Positions 37,152 through 47,797 of a DNA stretch of 64,000 bases are shown piece by piece. Both the position numbers and the translations under genes were made by a program. The stretch comes from Eledone cirrhosa. Its lineage: Eukaryota. The stretch is from NCBI GenBank assembly GCA_964016885.1, contig OZ024742.1, positions 53,072,001-53,136,000 of the forward strand, in the 5' to 3' direction. Every line of letters begins with the position of its first letter. Position 1 is the stretch's first letter. Below the pieces are notes generated by a model that was not told the DNA's origin, ran no database searches, and was given only the letters and a program-made list of their open reading frames with translations.

Positions 37152-37340
37152 AACTCTAACCCAAACCTTAACGCTTGCCTTAACCCTAACCCTAACCCTA
37201 TATATTTTCATTTAAGTAACTCCACTTACATCGATATGCTTTATTAAAATAACGCGTGGTAATACGGAAATAAACGATGTTTACGATTGAGAAGGTTGAC
37301 GAAACTTTCACTTCTGACAGCTAACAGCATGGTAGTGCCG
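37152..37340 (-). repeat. Second copy of the telomere-repeat-associated element, with its degenerate TTAGGG tail attached
   Basis: Reverse complement of 11260-11400 followed directly by tagggttagggttagggttaagg... Confidence 0.8.
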
Positions 37341-37725
37341 TCAATTCTTCCTGAATATTTACTTCTCGCTCTCCTTCTCAGAAAGAAATCGACTGCGTTT
37401 TAAACGCGGAGATAGAGTGGGCTCCGCCAAGTTTAAAGCGCCCTTGCGTCATCACAAGTTATTAAGAATTCCTCCATACAAAAGGCATGATAGAGGGGAA
37501 TGGAATTATAATCTAATAAAAAAAATATCAACAGTAATACGAAAATTTACAAAGAAAAATAATTTAAGAACTCTTTAAAACTTTAAGGTAACACTAAAAC
37601 GAGCCATAGTTTCGTACTCTGCAAAATACATCAATTGAAATATATTTATCACTTAATACAGTCTGCCATAGTTTACACCAATGTGCGATACTAGTAGTTA
37701 CCGGCACTAATTATCTTTATCAAAG

Positions 37726-37767
37726 ATGAATCTCTCGCTATACTGCCGGACGTTGATGAAGACGAAT
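37726..37767 (+). CDS. SCO1: Putative SCO1 first coding exon (MNLSLYCRTLMKTN)
   Basis: ATG in apparently non-repetitive sequence, basic peptide without acidic residues, perfect gtaagt donor at phase 0. Assignment to SCO1 is inferred. Confidence 0.5.
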
Positions 37768-37984
37768 GTAAGTTATAAGGGTTTTTATTTCTTGTTATTT
37801 ATGAACAATAAGATAAATATATATAAGTATACACGCATTTCTATAAGTACGTATTTAAAATATATTGCATCATGTGTCAAGGGAGGTAACTTTATTGTAA
37901 TTTTATCAACTTTGAATTAAGTTTATAAAAATGTGAAATGAAAAATAAAATTGTCGCAGTGCTAATTTTACTATTTATTTGTGT

Positions 37985-38032
<48 letters not shown>

Positions 38033-38919
38033 TATGTATATATACACACACACAAACGATATCAACACGTTTGTATGTACATATATCTATTTGTGTGTAT
38101 ACGCTGGTGTTTATATGTGCATAGTTGATATATTTTAACTCTCTCTCCTCTCTATCTGTCTATCTACCTGTTTATCTGTTTATATTTTTGAATATATGTA
38201 TATCCTACTTTTGTTTCCGTGTTTTCTACCGTGTTTGTGTAGATATCTTTCTTTATTATATTTGTTTGTGTAGATAGCCGGACAAATAGATCGTTGCAAT
38301 GCATGTTTTTCTGCTTCTAGTTCGGAAGATTGTTGTTGTATTGGAATTATATCTAGTGTACTTGTCAACCTTTCTAAGGTGACACAGTAACCACCTGTAG
38401 TATACTAGGGGGGTTAATTGGATCGACTTTAACCTCGCCCTCTGCATAAAAAGTAAAACAAATAACCTTGTGTTTTCACAAAGGTGATATCCGGCTTGTT
38501 TGTCCCAGTTAAGCAAAGAAATATATTAAGGTGTAACGTAACGTAGCATAATCATAGAAAAATAGTACAGCGAGTCGAATATTTAATTAACGTTATATCT
38601 TTCATTATTCTGACTTTACTGGTTTACCATTCTCGTCAATAATGTATTTAATTTCCAAAGTCCATCCAGGTTGGCACGATATATGAACAATCATACAAAC
38701 TGGGAAAATTGCATTTTGATAAATCAATGGTTTGCATATGAGAAACCCTATAGTTTATGTTGATTTCTGACTGACACGTGAAAGTGATAAAAGATAAGAA
38801 TAATATTTTAATTTATTTCTAGGATATAACTTCATAAATGTTCGGTATATATACACAAATGATGTACAGACTTAAATGTATCAGCAACTTTGAAGAATTA
38901 ACAATTTACAAGAACAAAT

Positions 38920-39230
38920 GGAGGCACATGGCTTAGTGGTTAGAGCATTGGCCTTGCAATCGAAAAGTTGTGAGTTCAATTCTCAGACTAGGTGATGTGT
39001 TGTTTCCTTGAGCAAGACACTTTATTTCACATTGCTCCAGTTTACTCAGCTGTAGAAATGAGATGATAGGGGCTGCAAAGTGGTCGTGGAGGCGCCACGG
39101 CAAAAAAGCACCCAGCACTCACTGTAAATGAGGTTGGTATTAGGAAGGGCATCCAGCTGTAGAAATCAAGCTAGAATCAGTTCCCGTCCCACCCTTGCAA
39201 GCAGGGAAAAAGCGGACGTAAAATGAAATG
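38920..39230 (+). mobile_element. SINE: tRNA head + RTE-3'UTR-like tail
   Basis: tggcttagtgg A box and gagttcaattc B box; tail ttaggaagggcatccagctgtagaaa...ggacgtaaaatga is shared with the RTE 3' UTR at 56.5-56.8 kb. Confidence 0.75.
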
Positions 39231-40204
39231 TAGGGTTAGAACCCAAAACCTTGAGATGGGAAGGTATACTTATTGTAGCGACATGGCTGATATAAGAAAT
39301 GTATGTGTGTGTAAATTTTTAAAAAATTACAGGCGGATATATAAATAATTATACAAACACACGTATCATGATTAAGGTTGATCATGTAATATTCTGTATC
39401 AAGACTTAGAAATAAAAACTACACAGTTCTAATTTTATAGAAGTTAAGGTAGATGATTTGTGATACATTGACTATTTATTGATGTTGAAGTTCTCTTGGT
39501 ATTAAATAATCTTTAATATTTTATTTCCAGTAAATAATTATCAGTTATGTAGAATAATTTTGATCAACTGCTGGATATGGTATTTTTTAGTTAAAAAATT
39601 TATATAGGGAAAAATAAGAAAGAAAAAAATACATATAGTGGGGAAAAAACCGGCACATTCAATCACATGCCACAAGGGGTGCTGTAGTTTCCCTCTAATA
39701 ATTTTTGAGGCAAGCCAACACATTGATGACTGAAGGAATACGATTGCGCATACAAGCGGCCGAAATGGGGTTCCTCTGAAGGGTTTTTGGAGTAACATTA
39801 CTTGATAGAGAGGATATCTCAAAGATCAGAGAGTCACTTTAGGTAGAGCAGGTACTTCTCTGAATTGAGAAATCAAAGCTCTGATACTACGGATATGTAG
39901 TAAGAATGTATCGGGGAAAGAATTGCTGGACAGATTTATGGGCAAAACCAACTGGCCGCCGGAATCCCAAGGGTAGACCCTGAGCAAGATGGCTGGATAA
40001 CATCCATGAGCTTGGCTGGTTTTGCTTGGTGATCCAGCCAGATCAATTGGAAATGGTTGCTATTGACAGGACGTGCTGGAAGGCGTGCTTAAGGATTATG
40101 CTCCCATGACCGTCCCAGAAATAAGTGTTGCACCTTAACAACCAATGGGTGCTTTGAGAGTCAGTGTTGTGCATAGAAACTGTAGGAAGTTGATTGTATA
40201 TATA

Positions 40205-40545
40205 AGGCACATGGCTTAGTGGTTAGAGCATTGGCCTTGCAATCGAAAGGTTGTGAGTTCAATTCTCAGACCGGGTGATGTGTTGTTTCCTTGAGCAAAA
40301 CACTTTATTTCACATTGCTCCAGTTTACTCAGCTGTAGAAATGAGATGATAGGGACTGGGGTCCCTATCATTCCACTGTAAAGTGGACTTGTAGGCGCCA
40401 CGGAAAAAAAGCACCCAGCACTCACTGTAAATGAGGTTGGTGTTAGGAAGGGCATCCAGCTGTAAAATTCGAGCCAGAATCGGTTCCCGTCCCACCCTTG
40501 CAAGCGGGGAAAAGCGGACGTAAAATGGTGACGATGATGATGATA
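40205..40545 (+). mobile_element. SINE: tRNA head + RTE-3'UTR-like tail
   Basis: Close paralog of 38920-39230; (gat)n tail. Confidence 0.8.
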
Positions 40546-41079
40546 TTTGAAAATGGAGTACGGTTCTATACAAAACAGGGGTTATAGAGAAAAGCTGGAA
40601 TTGAAAATAGCACAGAAAATATATTTAAGGATCTGTTTTTCTTTTTTTCTTCTTTGATACGTCAAAGTGACATTATTGAAAAATGGAGGAACAATTCTTT
40701 TAAAAAAAGAGTTTTATAATGTACTGGCCCGACTAGGTATACCGGCATTTTATCTTTTCAGGAATCTCCCCTAAACTCCAGTGCAAAGATACCGCACGCC
40801 CTCTCAAGTCAGTGAGAGGCAGGGGTGTAATGTGCTCTGATGTTGGGTTTGAATAGTTTTTAGGATTCCCGATAGTTACAACAATAAAGGCTGAACAGAG
40901 AACAAATTTTTTAACAAACGATAATTTGTACAACCATAATGGAAATTCCAAGTAACAGAAAATATTTAAATTACATTGTTAGAGCCTCAGAGTATACAAT
41001 AATTTTTGTTCAGCCCTCCGGAGCAAAGATGAAGAGATTGTTTGGCAAGCTCAACCTAGAGCATCCTACATACAATTAA

Positions 41080-42005
41080 CCATGGGAGAATCACTGATTT
41101 CGTAGCTCATCTCACGGAGAAGCTCTGTAGACGTTGACCTCTGGACACTCCTGTCAGGAGCAGGTAAGCTGTAGTGACTTAGAGGCCTACCACCAATCTC
41201 CAGGATACTGTTTTCAAGACAAATGAGCACCTCATTGAAAATGACATTATATGTTGTCTGGATTGTGTCTGCGTGTGCGGTGGAGGATGTCCTCAGCTAG
41301 ACTTTCATGGTGGTTGCTCCACAGTGCGAGAGGGTCGGCGAGATCGCAGTTGTGCAGCATAATAGCAAAAAGTTTTCGCAGCTGAGAAGGGACTTTAGCA
41401 GTTGCTGCTTCTTGCAGAGTGAGGTGCCAATAGTTGTCATCATGTAACATACCACGCATCTGGCAAGCCAAACGGTAAGTGGAACATTGATAGCCATTGA
41501 TGGTTCTCAGATCTTGGAAAGACTATGGTCCTCTAACCTCGAACAATGACAATAAGCCGTCTGCTTTCGTGAAATAAATAGGTTTTTGTTTTTGTGTATG
41601 CAAAAATATCTGTACACGAATATATATATTAAAATAACAGATTAAAGTTTAAGCAAAGAATCGCTGCTTTCACCCTTAACGGGATCTTCTGAAGCTAAAA
41701 AATTAAGTAAATATTTCGAAAAACGTTATCTAATGCAGACAGCCAGACATAGAGGGGAATGTTTTGCGACGTCATAAGAAAAAGTGAGGAATGACGTATA
41801 ACCGGAAGTGTTGACATTTGAAATTTTAAAGAAGTGAATATTTAAATAATGTCTTTAATCTTTTAACAAAATTCAGTAGACAAAAATATCCTCATTTTTT
41901 TACTTGGAAAAAGTTATGTCTATAGTGCAAATTTGGTGCTGTTTGGTCCAGCCGTTTGGCGGAAAGTTTGTTACCTACATACGGCCATCAGCTTTATAAT
42001 ATAGA
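41080..42005 (-). mobile_element. Helitron 5' end with RepHel coding fragment
   Basis: Minus strand a|TCtatattataaagc start; RGP*SFQDLRT..ACQMRGMLHDD..W..TLQEAA...PSQLRKLFA.ML..C...DPLALW..H.ESLAED. Confidence 0.8.
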
Positions 42006-42894
42006 TATAACCGGTTTCAATGTATCAGTATGAACCATCTTATGAAATGTTAAATATTACAATTAAAAAGAATAAATGAGAATAAAAATGTTTTTGAATT
42101 TAAAATTAATTGTTGAAATAGTCTGTTCATCTTTCCTGTTGTGAAGACTGGGTCTAAATGGAGCCCTATATATAGAGAGAGAGGTAGTCATAGTAGTAGT
42201 AGTAGTGTTGGTAGTTGTTTTTTCACAGAACAAAATTATTTTTAGGAATAGTCTCAATTGTGTTAAAGGATTGGTCAAAAGTTCAGATGGGGGTGGTGAA
42301 GGGAGTAAATGTAAGCTAGAGACCATTGCTATAGGGAAGAGAGGTAAATGGGATTGTCAAATGAAATTCTATTTTAGGAATAAGGTTTTAGATAGTGTGT
42401 CTTATTGCAAGTGTGAAGGGATGAAAGCTGAAAGGAATATTTTGGGGACACATGTATGTATATATATATATATGTGTGTGTGTATTTGTTTGTTTTTGAA
42501 GTGTGTGTGTGTGTGCTTTAGTTTGTTTGTCACATGTCTTTTTGTGGTGGGAAATTAAAAAAACAGCAAAGCATCAGTGATGGTTTTCAATTAGGAATTT
42601 TTGGAAAATATGTGTATGAACAATTTCTCTTTTATATTTTGTGATGTGTGTGAGAGAGATAATCAAATGGGGGGGGTGATTACATATTTAATTTTGGTTT
42701 AAATCTGTTAATAAATACTATTTATTTATTTATTCTTTGTTGTGTGAAAATCCTAAAAGTTCTACAAGGGATAAATAGAATACTTCACAATTCTTACAGA
42801 AAAACTTGATAAACCACAAAACGCCATACTTTGTGGTTTTGCATTTCTATGTTTGTCTTGTCATTTCTTGAACTTTATATTTTCTAGGGCGGGT

Positions 42895-43928
42895 AAAATT
42901 CCTGAGATCCATGGACGAGTTCTCTCCAGAGGTCTCTGTCCCTCATTATCGCTACCCTGTCCTACGACTCCAACAGACCAGTGTCTGTCCTTAGGGCATC
43001 AACATACGTTAACCTTGGTCTTCCTCTTCCAGTGTGTCCATGTAGGGGCTCCCACAGGAGCACTGAATGCAATGTCAACTCTGGATGTCGGTGAGCATGT
43101 CCAGCTAACGTCAGTCTCCTCTGTGTCACTTTTGAGCTGACTTTTGGGAGGCTCCCATACAGCTCTGAGTTTTTCATCCGCAGTGTATACTGATTAATGT
43201 TCAGAGCCATCCTCAGCATTCTTGTGTAGCACCCATCCACCATCTGAGTGAGTTTCTTGGTCAGTGTCCAAGTCTCAGACCCATACAGCAGCACAGACTC
43301 CACTACAACAATGAAGAGGCGGATTTTCAGGTCTTTATGAAGGTCCAACTTCCACTCCAATCTCAAGCTGTGGCACGCCGCCCAGGCTTTTCTCTTCCTC
43401 TCAACCACATCATCTTCCGTATTCCCAAGAAGATAGTGGACCTGATATCACTGCTCTACACCAACACCAAAGCCCAAGTCATTACACCTGATGGGATGAC
43501 AGAGTTCTTTGAGATACTGGCTGGAGTGCTCCAGGGAGATACATTGGCTCCCTACCTTTTTATCATCATAGTGGACTATTGTATGCGCCTTGCACTGGAG
43601 AAACACCAGGACTCTGGCTTTACTGTAGCACCGGCTCAGATCAGGAGAGTTAAGGCGAAAAAGATATCAGATGCTGAATTTGCCGACGACATAGTTTTGG
43701 TGTCAAATACAGTGAAGGAGGCAGAGGATTTGATGCAGGAAGTTGAGACTGTGTCGATGAGTATGGGTCTGAGAATGAATGAGACTAAAACAAAATATCT
43801 GGTAGGGAATGTTGAGAAGCCAGAGCGGATCACTAATGTAGGCAGGAAGCCGCTAGCATTGGTTGAAGACTTCCTGTATTTGGGAGCAAAGATTGGGAAT
43901 ACGGAAGATGATGTGGTTGAGAGGAAGA
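42895..43928. mobile_element. RTE-group LINE with 5' inversion
   Basis: The 3' part is on minus (LLYGSETWTLT..GRGRPRLTY); the RT part is on plus (GVLQGDTLAPYLF, FADD). The two overlap by 36 nt. Confidence 0.85.
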
Positions 43929-43929
43929 A

Positions 43930-43932
<3 letters not shown>

Positions 43933-44006
<74 letters not shown>
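43933..44006. repeat. (TA)n microsatellite
   Basis: Direct observation; similar tracts at 31385-31448 and 35835-36030. Confidence 0.95.
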
Positions 44007-44009
<3 letters not shown>

Positions 44010-44317
44010 GGTGGTAGAACCATGACAGCATTTAAGCATAATAGGGGTGTATATGAAAACATATATAATACATTTATATACAATAAACATATGGATAGCC
44101 ACCCTGCTGAAGAAAACTATAAGGTCAAAGAGGAAAAGCAAACACTGAGAAGAATTACAAAAGGTATTAATAGGGTAACACTTGTGGGAAAAGGAAAAAG
44201 AAATGTCTTCAACGTATTTGACATTAGTCCTTCATCAAGAAAGAGAGGAGAGAGATGATGTTGGAAGAGAAAAAAGGGTGTCAGGATGGTAGAAGTAGAC
44301 TATCATCATCTGTCAAA

Positions 44318-45095
44318 GGTGGTGAATTTTCAGAATTGGTAGAGCATCAGACATGCTTAGCAGTATTTGTTCCAGCTCTTCACATTCTTATTTCAAATCC
44401 GACCACCGTCAACTTTGTCTTTCATTCTTTGGAGGTTGATAAAATAAGGTACTAGTCATGTACTGGGTTGATTTACTGGCTTTGTGCCTATTCTTGGCAG
44501 TATTGGTAGAGGGTCGGACATGCTTTCCAGCATAGTTACGTTCCTTTACGATCTGAGTTCAAATCCTGCCGAGGTTAACTTTGCCTTTCATCCTTACGGG
44601 GTCGATAAAATAAAGTACCAGTAATGCACTGGGTAATTGCTGGTCTTGTGCCAAAAGTAGAAACAATTATTAGTATTAATATTAGGCGATGGATTGGCAG
44701 TATTGGTAGAGCATCGGACATCATGCTTTGCAGCACAGAGTTATGACCCTTTACGTTCTGGGTTCAAATCCCGCCATGATTCACTTTGCCTTTCTTCGTT
44801 ACGGGGTCGATAAAATAAAGCACCAGTAATACACTGGGGTAATTGCTGGCCTTGTGCTAAAAGTAGAAACAATTATTAGTACTATTATTGGATTGGCAGA
44901 GTTGTTAGAGCATCAGACAAATGCTTAGCACTATTTGTTAGGGCTTTTTGCATTCTGAGTTCAGATATTATCTAGGTTAATTTTGCCTTTCATCCTTCTG
45001 AGTTTGATAAAATGAAGTACCAGTCAAATACGGGGGTTGATATAATTAACTTACCCATTCTTTTGAAATTGCTTACCTTGTACCTAAATTAATAA
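44318..45095 (+). mobile_element. Head-to-tail array of ~4 SINE copies
   Basis: Repeated ttggcagtattggtagag...ttcaaatcc...ttgcctttcatcc...gtcgataaaataaag...gtagaaacaattatta. Confidence 0.8.
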
Positions 45096-45141
45096 CTCAT
45101 CTGCCATTTTATTTTACCTTCTTTTATATATATATATACAG

Positions 45142-45261
45142 TGTTTCCGACCACAACAGATATCCCGTATTTTACGTGGCTATTTATCAGTGAAGCCTCC
45201 TAAATACCGATCATTTTACAGTCTCACACCAAAATGCAGCCATTCAAACCAAACATTACAG
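45142..45261 (+). CDS. SCO1: Putative SCO1 exon 2 (mitochondrial presequence-like)
   Basis: cag|...cag|gtaacc; 120 nt, open only in phase 0. CFRPQQISRILRGYLSVKPPKYRSFYSLTPKCSHSNQTLQ is R/K/S-rich with no D/E, and in frame with both 37767 and 50945. Confidence 0.6.
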
Positions 45262-46417
45262 GTAACCTATTCTAATTCCACCTTTTTCAAGAGAGATTTA
45301 TATGTGCACTTGTATTATCACCATCATCATCATCATCATCATCATTTAATGCCTGTTTTCCTTGCTAGCAAGTGTTGGATAGATCATCACAGACCAATTC
45401 AATACTCAAGCAGAGCTACTGACTTTTCTTGCTTACAAATGTCCTGTACTCATGCTCTACCAAATGTTCAGATGGGCCAAAGTCAGCATTTCGCTTACAT
45501 ATAATTAATGTTTGGCTTTAACCTACACAGGCCTATGTCTGCAGGTAAGGAATTCCAGAGTATTTCAGTTCTGTTGAAGAAATACAAGGAAAGGTGTTTA
45601 GGGGAGGCAATTGAAACACAGTAAAGGTTATGAGGGGAAGCGGGATAAGTGGAAACAAAATGCTGATTATTTGTTCAGAGGAGCAGAAGTCTTTTAGTAT
45701 TATTCATTTCAACTCCAGCAAGTGAAACAGCAGGCTTGGAATAAGCATGTATTTTGAGCATCAAAGAAAGAAGGGCACCATCATCATCATCATCATCATC
45801 ATCGTTTAACATCTGTCTTCCACGCTAGCAAGGGTTTAGACGATACACCATTTTAGTTAAATGAAATGTAATTGTCACCCCCCCCCCCCCCCCCAAAAAA
45901 AATTTCTTTTCAGATTTTATATATGGGCAGCATCATAATCTTCTAAGTGTTCAAGGTCTCAAAAGGACTCAATCCCTGCCATGGGAGGTAGAGAAAGGAA
46001 ACAGCACATGTGTAAGCTAATTGTTGAAGTGTATTGATCAGTGAATCTTTGTTAATTTGTTGAATGACCATAATTTGGTTGTTACTATAAGATGTTAACG
46101 CTTTCAATAGAAGCCCTCATGAAACTGCCTACATTTTAACACTTTGGATACCAAGCTTTCTGAAACCATTCCTGGTTCTATGATACAAGACTGTATATTT
46201 TAAAGTGTTTATATTTATCGAAAAGCCTTCAATCATGATTTTATGTAAGAACCTTTTTAATTTATGTTTCAATCACTAGCTTAATTCTAGGAAAGTTAGT
46301 TATTTTACATATTCTTGATTATTTTCAAATTTATTTCAAAACCATAGGCCGTGTCTTACATAATGAAAGGGTTAAAATGTTTATATCCGAATTAAAATCT
46401 TCTGTCATAATTTTATA

Positions 46418-46935
46418 TATCAGGAGTTATGGGTTTTTAGTGTTCTGCCAGACCCAGGGTTATTTACTCGAGTAAATGTTACCGGAATCTAACTACTAAA
46501 TTTTATAAAGAAAAGGATAAGATATTTTTACATAACACCATGTTGAATGAGAGTTAATTCCCATTACAAAGGTAATGATAAAACGTAAGCAGTTTCTCGG
46601 AACGGGTAGCGAATATAAGTCTTCATTTTTATTGTAGCTTCATGTTATAATTGTTGTAAATAAATATTCTCGTACATAATTAGATATAGACCAGATCCAT
46701 GATAGGTGGTTAGAGAAAAGTTAACATGCTTGTCTTCAGTGTTGTCAGTTCGAAGGAAGGCGCCAAAAGAGAGAGAGCTTCACTGTGTTGCCGCTATTTA
46801 TATCCTCTTTCCGGAAGTTACAAAGAGGGTTCTAGACTTTCGACGGGAAGTAACTCTAGCTACTTCCCTGTCTAGAGAGCGCTACAGGTTCATACATAGT
46901 TTGTATTTTGATAGTATAGTATCTGAATGGTTACA
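46418..46935 (-). mobile_element. Putative solo LTR, antisense in SCO1 intron
   Basis: Minus strand starts tgtaacc, then tataaatag, a (ct)-rich tract and aataaa in LTR order; TSD ambiguous in AT-rich flanks. Confidence 0.45.
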
Positions 46936-46971
46936 TATGTAACTAGGTGGTGGTGTGTTCAGTATTGCTGC

Positions 46972-47480
46972 ATGTAATACATTCACAGAATACCTGTCTC
47001 AGTGACATTGTAACCTTAATGATATACCTTGTAATATATTCAGGGATATATGACCACATGTGTCAGTGATGTTGTAATCTTCACCCTTTAGCATTTAAAC
47101 CGACCGTATCTGACCAGAATTTCCTCACCTCTTTCTGTTCAAACCAGCTCTAACTGGCCAGTCATACTTATGTTTAGGTATTTTTCTCAAAATAAACAAT
47201 ATCAAAATCTCATAGCTTCGATATTATGTGAGATAATTATGTAAGGTCAAGCCTTTACCACGAAAATATAATAGTATATATAGAATAATGTAAATGCTAA
47301 AGGGTTAATATTGTTATACACTGTAATACATTCAGAGATCTAACCACCTGTATCTCAGTGGTATTGTAACCTTAATGATGTACCTTGTAATATCCAAAGA
47401 TCTGACCACCTGTGTCAGTGATCTTTTAACCTTAATAATGTTATAAACTGTAATACATTCACAGATTCTACCACCGGCCA
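46972..47480. repeat. ~60-bp degenerate minisatellite, split by an insertion
   Basis: tgtaatacattca..gatct.accacctgtgtcagtg...tgtaaccttaatga units at ~46972-47080 and ~47322-47480. Confidence 0.7.
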
Positions 47481-47797
47481 TTTACAGCAACAATCTATTC
47501 CATGTGAGACATTTTTCAAAAGGAGGCTCCAATAAAAGTGTATGTATATTTCACCATCATCATCATCATACATCTGCTTTTCCATGTTTGCATTGGTTGG
47601 GCTGTTTTTTTCTCTATCACAGTATCCCACTATTGGTTGCTTTCTTTCATCATGCAATTATGTTTGATCTTCCCCTATTCTAAAATCAAAAATTCTGATA
47701 TATTTTTTGTAATATGTTCCACATTTGTACAGATGAAAAGTATTGCCACCATACATCATCATCATCATTATATGCTTTCCCTAATATATATATATAT

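Noticed and set aside
41760-41815. CRE/ETS motif cluster as the SCO1 promoter
   Set aside because: It falls inside the Helitron 5' region, with no adjacent ATG exon or splice donor.
36031-42005. One 6-kb Helitron that captured SCO1 exon 1
   Set aside because: The 36.0-36.9 kb piece has its own 5'-type microsatellite region. Two independent Helitron relics are more parsimonious than capture of the start of an intact gene.
45531-45544. 14-nt micro-exon (cag|gcctatgtctgcag|gtaagg) in SCO1
   Set aside because: It lies in an antisense LINE 3' remnant, and its phase fits neither downstream exon.
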